Shown in pieces: positions 1-9,074 of a DNA stretch of 50,828 nt. The stretch covers positions 1 through 50,828 of the forward strand of contig DAOWGX010000003.1 of the NCBI GenBank assembly GCA_030641715.1, read 5' to 3'. The notes under the pieces are model-generated. The model saw nothing but the letters and a program-made list of their open reading frames with translations. It did not search any database and was not told the origin of the DNA. The DNA comes from Nanobdellota archaeon. GTDB taxonomy: Archaea > Nanobdellota > Nanobdellia > Pacearchaeales > GW2011-AR1. Both the position numbers and the translations under genes were made by a program. Position 1 is the first letter of the stretch. Every line of letters begins with the position of its first letter.

Positions 1-116
1 GGTACAGCGTGCCCCGACGAATAAGAAAGATAAATCTGTTAGGGTACAGCGTGCCCCGACGAATAAGAAAGATAAATCTGTTAGGGTACAGCGTGCCCCG
101 ACGAATAAAAATAAAT
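1..116. repeat. Tandem direct repeat: 42-bp unit, two perfect copies (1-42, 43-84) and a partial third (85-~116). The window begins inside the array.
   Basis: Unit ggtacagcgtgccccgacgaataagaaagataaatctgttag is read twice verbatim. The third copy is identical for 24 nt and then diverges. The core tgccccgacgaat recurs in diverged form at 3644-3700. Confidence 0.95.
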
Positions 117-1198
117 TGGCGAGAGTATTTTTTATCTTAGGTCGAAACCCCGAACTCTCTCGCGCAGAAGTCTTGGCATATATGCGAGCCAGAGACAGGC
201 TATATAAGGAAATATTATTTGAAGAAAATCTTTTAGTTTTAGAAACCAACGAAGACGAAAAATTCGACATTCAAGAATTTGGTGGAATAATAAAACTCGG
301 AAAGGTAGTTTTCGAAGGTACCGAAGAAGAGTTCATAACATACCTCCAAAAAAATGAGATTATTCCTTCAGACAAATTTTCTTACGCAGTTTTTGGAAAT
401 CTCGATCCCGAACTATTAAAAGAAAAATTCAAATCAGAAAATAAAAAAGCAACACTTAAACACGGGAGAAGACGAATTAAATTTCAAAATGGACAAAAAC
501 AAGAACTCCCAAAAGCAGACTTTAACATTTTATATCATCGGCATCAAAACAAAGTATACTTAGGGACAGCGATTCAAAATTACGATTATTATCCTGTAAA
601 AGAACGCGATATGGACAAGCCTATCCGACGAGAACACCTCGCAATCTCCCCAAGACTTTCAAAAATCCTGATAAATTTATCAGAAGCAAAACCTCACGAT
701 TTACTTTTAGATCCTTTTTGTGGTATTGGTGGAATTCTCCAAGAAGCACTTCTCAAGAACATAAACGCCTACGGTATATACAAAGACAAGCAAGCAATAA
801 GCGGTGCTGAAGAGAATTTAAAATGGCTTACTGAAAAATACCAAATTAAAACAAAGTATACCTTAGAAAATCTAGATTCGAGAAAAGCACCAGATTTACA
901 ATTCAAAGCAATCGCTACAGAAACACCTCTCGGAAAAGTTCTAAAAAGGAAGTCAAATGACAACGAAGCAAAACACACAATACAAAATTTCGAAGCTTAT
1001 ATTATCCCGATCCTTACAAGAATAAAGAAGATCAAAAGACCAAATGCAAAAATAGCAATAACGTTTCCAGCAATAAGAACATTCAGAGTAGACACTCAAA
1101 AAATAGCCGACAAAACGGGACTAAAAATTATTCTAAATCCCCTCGTTGAATCGAGACCCGATCAATTTATTTCGAGAGATTTTGTAGTTTTTCAATAA
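116..1198 (+). CDS. SAM-dependent methyltransferase-like protein (Trm14/Trm11/UPF0020-type RNA N2-guanine methylase fold), divergent
   Basis: 360-aa ORF with a TTG start. SAM motif I 'LLDPFCGIGGILQEA' is present. At the position of motif IV (D/N)PPY the sequence reads 'ETPL'. Confidence 0.6.
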   Translation: MARVFFILGRNPELSRAEVLAYMRARDRLYKEILFEENLLVLETNEDEKFDIQEFGGIIKLGKVVFEGTEEEFITYLQKNEIIPSDKFSYAVFGNLDPELLKEKFKSENKKATLKHGRRRIKFQNGQKQELPKADFNILYHRHQNKVYLGTAIQNYDYYPVKERDMDKPIRREHLAISPRLSKILINLSEAKPHDLLLDPFCGIGGILQEALLKNINAYGIYKDKQAISGAEENLKWLTEKYQIKTKYTLENLDSRKAPDLQFKAIATETPLGKVLKRKSNDNEAKHTIQNFEAYIIPILTRIKKIKRPNAKIAITFPAIRTFRVDTQKIADKTGLKIILNPLVESRPDQFISRDFVVFQ

Positions 1199-1263
1199 AC
1201 CTTTAATTTCATGTACTAACTTACAAGTAACAACATACAGAAAGGTTTATAAAGTATAAATTA

Positions 1264-1743
1264 ATGACTTCTTTCATGGAAAAACATATTTCAAACGGAA
1301 TAAGTCCGGAATACGATTCAGGAAATAATTGGAATACCTCTTCGAGTTATAGTAATCCTCAAGAAGGTATTCAAAATAATTTCGAATCAGTAGGAAAGGC
1401 AAAATTGGATTCTCTAAAAGAAATTGTAATCGAGATTGAAAAATTAATAAAGGAAAGAGATACTCTCAGCGAAAACTTTATCAATGAAGGAGAAAAAATG
1501 AAAAGAGATATAAAAAATTTCCTCTTAGAAAACTCGCCAAAAGGCGAGGATGATTCCGAATTCGCAAGAGAACGATCCGATTTAAGAAAAAAACAAATCG
1601 AAATTTCTGAACTCCAACTTAATGAAAAAGTAGGATGTTGGAGAGACATAGCACTTCTAAAAAAAGAATTAAGAGATCAAACTAAAGAGTTAAATGAAAA
1701 ATCGAGTCGTGCAGAAATGCTTAAGGATATACTTGATGAATAA
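1264..1743 (+). CDS. Hypothetical coiled-coil protein
   Basis: 159-aa ORF. The C-terminal two thirds are charged with heptad-like E/K/L content. It sits between the methylase-like and ATPase genes on the same strand. Confidence 0.55.
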   Translation: MTSFMEKHISNGISPEYDSGNNWNTSSSYSNPQEGIQNNFESVGKAKLDSLKEIVIEIEKLIKERDTLSENFINEGEKMKRDIKNFLLENSPKGEDDSEFARERSDLRKKQIEISELQLNEKVGCWRDIALLKKELRDQTKELNEKSSRAEMLKDILDE

Positions 1744-1759
1744 TTAAAGGATTTTTAAT

Positions 1760-3661
1760 ATGATACAAACAAGACCATTATCAGTAGAAGAAATTTGCAA
1801 CAGTCTCAGACCTGTCTTCGGAAAAAAAATCGACGACATTTACTTCCAATATTCTACCGCAGAAGGAAGAGAAGAACGGGAAGAAATAGCACATATTCTT
1901 AATGCACTTTATCAAAAGAACCTGAATCAACTATTAGATAAAGGTGTTTTATTGGAGCCTCCGAGAGAAGAATTCATCGACGGAGATTACACTCTAGCTA
2001 CTGTAAGCTATGCAAAAAGACAACTATTTCCATTTAAATTAAGGGAGAAAGATTGGCCCAGACATATTTGTATTACTGGAATGTCAGGCTCGGGGAAAAC
2101 TACCTTAGCATTTCACCTAATTGAATCCCTTAATCAACACAACAAGCCATTTTTAATCTTTGACTGGAAAAAATCTTTCAGACCCCTGATTTCCATGGAT
2201 AATTCACTTATGATTTTTACCGTCGGTGATGAGAAAGTTGCTAATCTATTCAAGACAAATATCAATCAACCACCGAAGGGAGTTTCTCCAAAAGAATGGA
2301 TAAACGTTTTGTCAGACTTGTTAGTTGAAAGTTTCTCGGTGTCATTCGGTGTCCATAAGGTTCTTTTAGAAACCTTGGATGAAGCATTCAAAGAATGGGG
2401 AATCTACAACGGTTCAGAAAATTATCCTACCTGGAATCATATCAAATGGAGACTTGAAGAAAAACTTGAAAAAACTCAAGGGAGAGAAGGTGGATGGCTT
2501 GAATCCGCACTTCGAATTGCAACCGTTTTGACTTTTGGAGAATTCGGGAGGACCTTAAACTATAAGGGAAAAAACAGTATTTCCGTCGAAGATTTATTAA
2601 AAAGCAAGGTTATCATGGAACTTAACACTCTCGGGAACATTGAAAAAAAATTCTTCTGTGAATTCATTCTTACATATATTTACAAAATGAAAAAAGCTCG
2701 GCAAAATGACATAAGCCAAAAATTTGATCATGCAATTTTAGTCGACGAAGCACATAACATCTTCCTAAAAAAATCTACAAATTTTTCAAACGAATCGGTG
2801 ACAGACATGATCTATCGAGAGATGCGAGAATACGGCACGAGTCTTATCTGTTTAGATCAACACATTTCAAAAATTTCAGATACAGTAAAAGGAAACAGCG
2901 CATGTCATATTGCGTTCCAACAGCAGTTACCCGCGGACATTTGGGACATAAGTGCCTTGATGCAACTCGGGGAAAAGAAACATTACTTTTCTCAGTTACC
3001 TGTGGGAAGTGCCATCGTAAAGCTTTCCGAAAGATACAATCATCCCTTTTTGGTCGAAGTGCCTTACGCCGAAATTAGGAACCAGAGAACAACGGACGAG
3101 AACATCAAAAGTAGAATGCAAGCAATGCTGATGAATCATGACTTTGAAAAAAAGGTTGATCCGGAATTTAACGACGCTATTCAAAACCCTGCCTCAAATG
3201 TAATTAAAAAAGACACCCAAGAGCTTACAAAAGTGCAGGAGGTATTGTACAACTTTGTAAAAGAATATTTAGGGCAGGGAGTAGAACTAAGAGAGATAGA
3301 AAAGATTTTAGAACAAAGTAAAATACAGGGAAGTTACACTAGTCAAGATATTATAACTGTAATCAATAAAGCATTTAGAAACCCTGTAGTAGTAACATTT
3401 AAAAAGAATAAATCACCAGAAAATAACATATCAGATTTAACATCTGAACAGCAAGTCTTTATAAAATTCTTGCAACAAAATCCGGATCATACCTTGAGTA
3501 CAGTCGAGGTATACCGACAAATCGGACTCTCCGCAAGAAAAGGAACAAAGATTAAAAAAGAATTGCAAGAGAGAGGATTAATAAAAATCGAAGAAATCAA
3601 ATATGAAAAAGGATGGAAAAAATTAATCCGTCTTAATCATAGTATGCCCCGCCGAATCTAA
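1760..3661 (+). CDS. HerA/FtsK-superfamily (DUF87-like) P-loop ATPase with C-terminal winged-helix domains
   Basis: 633 aa. Walker A is 'GMSGSGKTT' and Walker B is 'ILVDEAHNIF'; 'LICLDQH' and 'IAFQQ' are typical of HerA/VirB4-like ATPases. The C-terminus ('LSTVEVYRQIGLSARKGTKIKKELQERGLIK') looks like a wHTH. The last 7 codons are encoded by the flanking repeat. Confidence 0.75.
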   Translation: MIQTRPLSVEEICNSLRPVFGKKIDDIYFQYSTAEGREEREEIAHILNALYQKNLNQLLDKGVLLEPPREEFIDGDYTLATVSYAKRQLFPFKLREKDWPRHICITGMSGSGKTTLAFHLIESLNQHNKPFLIFDWKKSFRPLISMDNSLMIFTVGDEKVANLFKTNINQPPKGVSPKEWINVLSDLLVESFSVSFGVHKVLLETLDEAFKEWGIYNGSENYPTWNHIKWRLEEKLEKTQGREGGWLESALRIATVLTFGEFGRTLNYKGKNSISVEDLLKSKVIMELNTLGNIEKKFFCEFILTYIYKMKKARQNDISQKFDHAILVDEAHNIFLKKSTNFSNESVTDMIYREMREYGTSLICLDQHISKISDTVKGNSACHIAFQQQLPADIWDISALMQLGEKKHYFSQLPVGSAIVKLSERYNHPFLVEVPYAEIRNQRTTDENIKSRMQAMLMNHDFEKKVDPEFNDAIQNPASNVIKKDTQELTKVQEVLYNFVKEYLGQGVELREIEKILEQSKIQGSYTSQDIITVINKAFRNPVVVTFKKNKSPENNISDLTSEQQVFIKFLQQNPDHTLSTVEVYRQIGLSARKGTKIKKELQERGLIKIEEIKYEKGWKKLIRLNHSMPRRI

Positions 3662-3730
3662 CTAAAATTATTTGGTAGGGTATAGCATGCCCCGCCCAAT
3701 TTAAAGATATTTGGTAGGGTATTAAATCAT
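3637..3730. repeat. Tandem repeat related to the 1-116 array (units 3637-3678 and 3679-3717, partial third from 3718)
   Basis: Unit ggtatagcatgccccgcccaatttaaagatatttggtag. The core atgccccgcc(g/c)aat matches the left-flank core gtgccccgacgaat, in the same orientation. Confidence 0.85.
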
Positions 3731-4013
3731 ATTCACACATCAAAACAAAACACATCCACAAACAAATTTCCCATAAGAAATCCATTGACAACAATTCAGA
3801 ACTCAAAATCTGAATTCCTCGACTCACCAGAAACAACGTGGAAAAACAAAAAGAAATACCTCGTGAAAAACTAAAAATTTCGCGGAATAGGTGGTTTCTA
3901 AAGAAAAATTCTATAGAAGTTATTATGTCACAACTATCAAAATTTCCGGAATATCTAATTAAAGGTATTTCACAACTTGTATTCTAGATGGAATACGTAA
4001 AAAGGAGGGTAAA

Positions 4014-4871
4014 ATGAATATAACCATTCAAAGACTTGGACATGCTATCAAAGACGGGGATGTAAATATAGTTCTCAACTATATAAAACAAGGGGGAGAC
4101 CTTGAAAGTAAAACCCCAAATAACAGCTGGACGCCACTTTTTCTTGCGGGTTTATATAGAAAAGATTTCATAGGACTACTTCTCCTGAATAACGGAGCCA
4201 ACCCCTTAGCTGCACACACCCATGACCGTAAGGAAAAAATCTATCCTATACATTTTGCTTCTGACGATAGAACCCCAATCTTACTAAGTCAATTATTAAG
4301 AGATATGAAATTAACTGAAAAAGTAAAATATGACCTCTTAGAATCAACTCTTGATAATGGCATTCTTGAATCAGCAAAGATCCTATTACTCACAGGATTA
4401 GAAATGAATGATAAATTATGGGAAGTTGCAAACGAAGAGGGAAATAAATGCAGTTATAACTTTAATACAGAGCTCTTTGTTGCCGAATTAAAAAACCTTC
4501 TTGATAAACTGAAGTCTGAAGAAGTACGAAAACGGGAGCGTGCATATTATAAATTCGATATTAAAGAAGTTGTGAGTGAAGTTTTAGAATGTTTGTCTCC
4601 AGGTCTGAATTCTAAAAATTACATCGCGTCGAGACTAATTGAAGAAGTACGGAACGACTTTCGAGAACTCGCTAAAGAGGAAGCCCTCGCACCGGTAGAG
4701 TTGATTCACAAATTGGCTGGAAGAGGAGATTCATGCGCACTTAAAAAATGCCTTGAACAGCCTAAGTTCGATGAGTCAACATTGGCACGCGCTTTATCTT
4801 ATGGTATGCAAGAAAAACACGAGGATGTGGTGAAAGTGCTTCTCGATTACGGCGCCAATCCTAATATCTGA
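4014..4871 (+). CDS. Ankyrin-repeat protein
   Basis: 285 aa with SD aaggaggg upstream. Ankyrin-like repeats include 'GGDLESKTPNNSWTPLFLAGLYRKDFIGLLLLNNGANPLA' and 'HEDVVKVLLDYGANPNI'. Confidence 0.7.
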   Translation: MNITIQRLGHAIKDGDVNIVLNYIKQGGDLESKTPNNSWTPLFLAGLYRKDFIGLLLLNNGANPLAAHTHDRKEKIYPIHFASDDRTPILLSQLLRDMKLTEKVKYDLLESTLDNGILESAKILLLTGLEMNDKLWEVANEEGNKCSYNFNTELFVAELKNLLDKLKSEEVRKRERAYYKFDIKEVVSEVLECLSPGLNSKNYIASRLIEEVRNDFRELAKEEALAPVELIHKLAGRGDSCALKKCLEQPKFDESTLARALSYGMQEKHEDVVKVLLDYGANPNI

Positions 4872-4917
4872 AATAGGTAAAAACTACAATTAGCAGATTC
4901 TAAACAAGGAGAAAACC

Positions 4918-5199
4918 ATGGAAAAAACCAGTGTTTCGAATAGAGTTACAAATTCCACCAAAATTCCCTACATAATCATAAATATCTTAGGCGGACTTGC
5001 AGTTTCCTTCCTTTGCATTATGGGATCATATGCACAACTGAGAATTATAAGGTCATATGCAGAAGCAGGATTAATAGAAATGATTTCTCCATTAAGTTTC
5101 ATAGGAGTCCTATTTTTCCCAATCATTGGTTTGTGCTCTCTTACGTTTGTAATACTAAATCTCAAAGAGAAAATAGAGATAGAAAATAAGGCAGAGTAA
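4918..5199 (+). CDS. Small membrane protein (2-3 TM)
   Basis: 93 aa with SD aaggag 6 nt upstream and hydrophobic segments. Confidence 0.55.
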   Translation: MEKTSVSNRVTNSTKIPYIIINILGGLAVSFLCIMGSYAQLRIIRSYAEAGLIEMISPLSFIGVLFFPIIGLCSLTFVILNLKEKIEIENKAE

Positions 5200-5234
5200 T
5201 TAATTAATTAATCAACTTAGATAAAAGGAGAACT

Positions 5235-5474
5235 ATGTCAAAAAGAGATTTAAGACTTGCACTTGTTAGAGTTTGGGACCTCGGATCAACAAAATTAAGA
5301 CATCTAAAAAAAGAGAAAGATTTCAAAATAATTAAGGAATTATTTGGAAATGAGTTCAAAGCGAATGAAAAAGTATTAAGAGCACTTTACAATAAAGGTT
5401 TGAAAAAGAGATACAAAGGAAGTTCTGCACTCAACAAGGATGTAGGAACAGCATTAAAGAAATACAAGCATTGA
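5235..5474 (+). CDS. Small basic hypothetical protein
   Basis: 79 aa, K/R-rich, with SD aaggag upstream. Confidence 0.5.
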   Translation: MSKRDLRLALVRVWDLGSTKLRHLKKEKDFKIIKELFGNEFKANEKVLRALYNKGLKKRYKGSSALNKDVGTALKKYKH

Positions 5475-5584
5475 GTAAAAGCTACATCGAATCTAATTCT
5501 TAGATTTAATGTACTAATATAAAAAAACCACAACACTTTCCCAAAAACACGATTAAAGAAAATATCCAAAGGAGACCAACAATT

Positions 5585-6940
5585 ATGAAAATAAAATCAA
5601 TTCTAAACCTATTCATAACCATCTTAATTCTATTCACATCACAACCAGCATTCGCCGACATCTTCGATAACTTTAACGACGGTGTTATCGACACCCACAA
5701 ATGGGACCTCTGGGAATATTGGACAGATGGAGGCGATATAAGAACAGCAGCCCCCGTCTACGAAGCAAACGGTTCACTGAACATCGATTACCCTCCCAGT
5801 TCCTCGTGGGGTGGCTTGCGTTCAAAAGCTATCTTCGGCGGCGATTTCGATTTCAGAACAGAATGGAAAAATTGGCAGTTTGATGGAGTTCCCAACACTT
5901 ATGAAAATTATGTAGCACAAATTGGCATCGACGTTCAACATCATGATTCGACAGGGAGCGACTCTACCAACATTTTCCGAGGCTGGACGTCCACTTTCCC
6001 CGAAGGATACCACGACGTATACATGAGTTATGCCTATGTAGACAACGCTTGGCATTCAGGTACAGGCAACCTTACCACACAAGACGACACCTCGGGATAC
6101 TTCGGTATAGAAAGAATAGGTTCCACAATCAACACCTATTACTCGGACACAAATCATCAAAGTTATGACCGCTGGGAATTACTCCACCAAGTAAATAATG
6201 CCTCCACCGAACCAGTCAAATTGAAATTAGCAGCCTACACCGGCGACAACACAAATTCCTTTCATGCAGAGTGGGACAATGTCGAGGTTGAGGCCGATAG
6301 GGAAGTTGATATCGATTTTTGGAATGTAGGGAAAAGGGTAGTTGAGTGGGCAGACCGCTTTAAAACAAGTATTGATCTACTGTCTGCATTAAAGCAAGCA
6401 TCAGGACGTCCCTTGGGTATTCCTTTGCCTTCTATGTTTATCCCAGCAGATCTATTACTAATAGATGCACTAAAATCAGACCCTTTTTTAATTTATCAAT
6501 ATCCAGAATTTTTTGAAGGAAATTCTCCCACCCTAGGATATATATCTTTTTCTCCAGTAGACCTTCAAGTAACCAACCCACTAGGAAATTCTATAGGAAA
6601 AACTCATAATGATTTTTCTAATGCCTTATACTTTGAAGGAGACTTCTGGAATACAGGTATAACAAATGATATGGTTTTATTTTGGGACTCTCTTTATGGT
6701 GATTATGAAATTAATATTATTCCAGAAATAGGAGCCCAACCATTAGATACCTTTTCTCTATTAGCATTTGATGATACTACAAGACAGAAATACGTTTCAA
6801 CATTGGCTTTTGGAGAAGAGATAACAAATCAAGATATAAAAAATTTTGATTACAACACAATTCCCGAGCCATCATCTTTATTATTACTAAGTCTTGGTGT
6901 ATCATTTCTTTTTAGTAGGGGACGCCGAAAAATAAACTAG
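5585..6940 (+). CDS. Secreted lectin/LamG-like protein with a PEP-CTERM-type C-terminal sorting signal
   Basis: 451 aa with SD aaggag. N-terminal signal peptide 'ILILFTSQPAFA'. 'DNFNDGVIDTHKWD' is typical of ConA/LamG-like domains. The C-terminus 'IPEPSSLLLLSLGVSFLFSRGRRKIN' reads as PEP + TM + basic cluster. Confidence 0.7.
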   Translation: MKIKSILNLFITILILFTSQPAFADIFDNFNDGVIDTHKWDLWEYWTDGGDIRTAAPVYEANGSLNIDYPPSSSWGGLRSKAIFGGDFDFRTEWKNWQFDGVPNTYENYVAQIGIDVQHHDSTGSDSTNIFRGWTSTFPEGYHDVYMSYAYVDNAWHSGTGNLTTQDDTSGYFGIERIGSTINTYYSDTNHQSYDRWELLHQVNNASTEPVKLKLAAYTGDNTNSFHAEWDNVEVEADREVDIDFWNVGKRVVEWADRFKTSIDLLSALKQASGRPLGIPLPSMFIPADLLLIDALKSDPFLIYQYPEFFEGNSPTLGYISFSPVDLQVTNPLGNSIGKTHNDFSNALYFEGDFWNTGITNDMVLFWDSLYGDYEINIIPEIGAQPLDTFSLLAFDDTTRQKYVSTLAFGEEITNQDIKNFDYNTIPEPSSLLLLSLGVSFLFSRGRRKIN

Positions 6941-6969
6941 AATACTTACTTTTGATAAACAAAAGGCAA

Positions 6970-7413
6970 TTATTGTTTTAAAGACTTCTTAGCAAAATAT
7001 TGCCTTTTGTTTATCAGAAAGAAGATAACAAAAAGAAGATACAACAAAAATATTATCGAATACAAATTCACCGTGTAACCAGTGTACGCCAATTTAAATG
7101 AATTAACAAACACATTAAAAGTCTTAATTCCGGTTGTAACAATTAATAAATCTCGGGCAACACCACTCAAATTCAAGACACCAATCCCCCCTATCAATTC
7201 CAAAATCCCATATATTATGTACGTGTAAGAGAATGTATATATAAAATCTATGTTGCCAATCCACCCTAAAGGTAGATTCCCTGTTTTCACAGCAACAAAA
7301 GCGGACAAGAGATAAAAAAATCCAACTAACAATTGTAATACCGCAACTATAATTATCATCCTCCCGAAAAGAACAAGACCTTTATTCTTCGGTGCATTTT
7401 GTTTTCTTGACAT
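6970..7413 (-). CDS. Polytopic membrane protein
   Basis: 147 aa with about 4 hydrophobic helices. It is the only minus-strand ORF in the island. It has no SD; an A/T box lies about 28 nt upstream. Confidence 0.6.
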   Translation of the reverse strand: MSRKQNAPKNKGLVLFGRMIIIVAVLQLLVGFFYLLSAFVAVKTGNLPLGWIGNIDFIYTFSYTYIIYGILELIGGIGVLNLSGVARDLLIVTTGIKTFNVFVNSFKLAYTGYTVNLYSIIFLLYLLFVIFFLINKRQYFAKKSLKQ

Positions 7414-7500
7414 AGATTATAAACAATAAAAGTGGTATAAGTATATTTCGGTATCACAAAAAAACCAACAAAAGCAGTAAACACACAAAGGGAGAAAACC

Positions 7501-7815
7501 ATGGAAAAAATAAATGTCCAAGAAATGCCCAGAGAAACAGAAACCCCTATTGAACAGACCAATGAAATAGGCTCTCTTTCTACAAAAACTCTCAAGGAGA
7601 TCAAAAAAATCTGTTATGAGTTTCCACTTTACTCAGAGATTAGAAAAAAAGCCCTTGAAAAATGGCTCGACAAAGCAGAAACCTCCGAGGAAGTTAAAAA
7701 AATCCGCCATGTATCCCTGCCAGGTTCACGTATTGAAAATATATCAACTCCCCATGGTTCTGCTTTTCCCAATAGCATATTTGTTCCTGGCATCAACAGC
7801 AATCTCTTTCCGTGA
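7501..7815 (+). CDS. Hypothetical protein whose 3' part overlaps the next ORF in another frame
   Basis: 104 aa with SD agggag upstream. The charged N-terminal half looks coding; the C-terminal 35 aa are doubtful. Confidence 0.45.
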   Translation: MEKINVQEMPRETETPIEQTNEIGSLSTKTLKEIKKICYEFPLYSEIRKKALEKWLDKAETSEEVKKIRHVSLPGSRIENISTPHGSAFPNSIFVPGINSNLFP

Positions 7816-8062
7816 ATGGAAAGAAAGACGTTTCATTAGTTGGAAAAAGTTTCCAGACGAGGGAATAATCATCAGCCTGATTACAGGATTGTTAGCCAGT
7901 CTACTTATAGCCATAGTTCTAATCACGATTCTGACCATAGTTTTTTGTTTGGCTCTCGCCCAGACTTGGATAACTAATTGTTTTGTTCTCGGCTTAAGTC
8001 TCGGCTTAATTATTAGCCTAAGCTTCTCTCTCATCTGGGGAATCCGAAAAGAGTTCAAATAA
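7754..8062 (+). CDS. Membrane protein (3-4 TM); start uncertain (the ORF is open from 7616)
   Basis: The frame-2 ORF is strongly hydrophobic from 'MVLLFPIAYLFLASTAISF' onward. There is no SD at 7754, and it may be joined to 7501 by a frameshift. Confidence 0.4.
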   Translation: MVLLFPIAYLFLASTAISFREWKERRFISWKKFPDEGIIISLITGLLASLLIAIVLITILTIVFCLALAQTWITNCFVLGLSLGLIISLSFSLIWGIRKEFK

Positions 8063-8102
8063 AAATCATTAAGAAAATCATCATCATAAAAGGAGGTTCA
8101 AA

Positions 8103-8336
8103 TTGAAAAAACCCTATACTAAAAAAGTAAATTTTATCTTTTCCGTCGTATCCAGAACATTCGTATTCTGTCTATGTTGTTACCTCATATTCGATTTCTG
8201 CACCGCAGAATCAAACTTTTTCGGAAGAGTCATCCTGTATTACTTGCTGTTCGTACTTGCCCTTTACCTACTGAGAGCAATCAGCCACGAAACCTATTTA
8301 TCTCAACAAAAGAGAATTCACAGCGAGTATACCTAA
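8103..8336 (+). CDS. Small membrane protein
   Basis: 77 aa, TTG start, SD aaggagg 5 nt upstream, two hydrophobic helices. Confidence 0.5.
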   Translation: MKKPYTKKVNFIFSVVSRTFVFCLCCYLIFDFCTAESNFFGRVILYYLLFVLALYLLRAISHETYLSQQKRIHSEYT

Positions 8337-8366
8337 TAAAAACCTAACAAAAAAAGGATTAAAACA

Positions 8367-8972
8367 ATGAGAAAAACATTAATCATAACACTAATCACCC
8401 TCGCAATTTTCTCCCTCGCCGTAACAAACGCAATCTCCTCAGAAACATCAGAATCAGAAAACCTAACCAAAGCAAAATCAGAAGCTCTGGAGAAACGAGA
8501 AACCACCCTCCAGCAGGAAGTAGAAGACATAAATAAGCTGATGAAAGAAATCAGCGAAGATGGAATTGCTGCTGGATTAGAAATGAGAACCCTCGTGCAG
8601 AGTATGGAAAAATTCCAGAAAGACAAAAAGAAGTTTGATAAAGAATTAAAAGTATACAACACCACAACAGAAACAGATTTAGGAGAAAATTTTCACAAAG
8701 CTTTGCAAAGCTACTCGACTCAACATCCAACTAATTGCCGAGATAGCAAAGGAGAAATGAAATTACTATTTGCCGAGGAGTGTGGCAAAGACGTAAGAAT
8801 TGATCCTGCTCCAAGAAGAATACTCCTTTTAGTCCTTTCAATTCTTTTTATAATGATAGGTGTTGCGTTGATTCCTTTTTTAGGAAAAGTAACGAACGGT
8901 AAAGATTTTACTATTATACTCTTAATCGCACTCGGGTTGATAGCACTGGGAATGTTCTTTATCTGTTTGTAA
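8367..8972 (+). CDS. Secreted/anchored coiled-coil protein
   Basis: 201 aa with a signal peptide 'LITLAIFSLAVTNA', a charged coiled-coil middle and two C-terminal TM helices. Confidence 0.6.
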   Translation: MRKTLIITLITLAIFSLAVTNAISSETSESENLTKAKSEALEKRETTLQQEVEDINKLMKEISEDGIAAGLEMRTLVQSMEKFQKDKKKFDKELKVYNTTTETDLGENFHKALQSYSTQHPTNCRDSKGEMKLLFAEECGKDVRIDPAPRRILLLVLSILFIMIGVALIPFLGKVTNGKDFTIILLIALGLIALGMFFICL

Positions 8973-8981
8973 TAATAATTC

Positions 8982-9019
8982 AAAAAAAGCCCATTAGCAA
9001 ATCCCCTAATGGGCTTTTT
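8982..9019 (+). terminator. Intrinsic-type terminator hairpin
   Basis: Stem gcccattag (8989-8997) pairs with ctaatgggc (9006-9014), followed by T5 and preceded by A7. It lies 10 nt after the stop of 8367..8972. Confidence 0.6.
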
Positions 9020-9074
9020 CTCCCCAAAACTCTCAACATAACTCGACAAAAAATAAAAAGAAAGGAGGCAACGG

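Noticed and set aside
1-116. Possible CRISPR array at the window start
   Set aside because: The units are directly abutting, with no unique spacers. The unit is 42 bp with an A/T-rich half. No cas genes are present.
3633-3836. Minus-strand 67-aa ORF across the right-hand repeat array
   Set aside because: It is composed largely of translated repeat units. It has no start signal and overlaps the ATPase 3' end.
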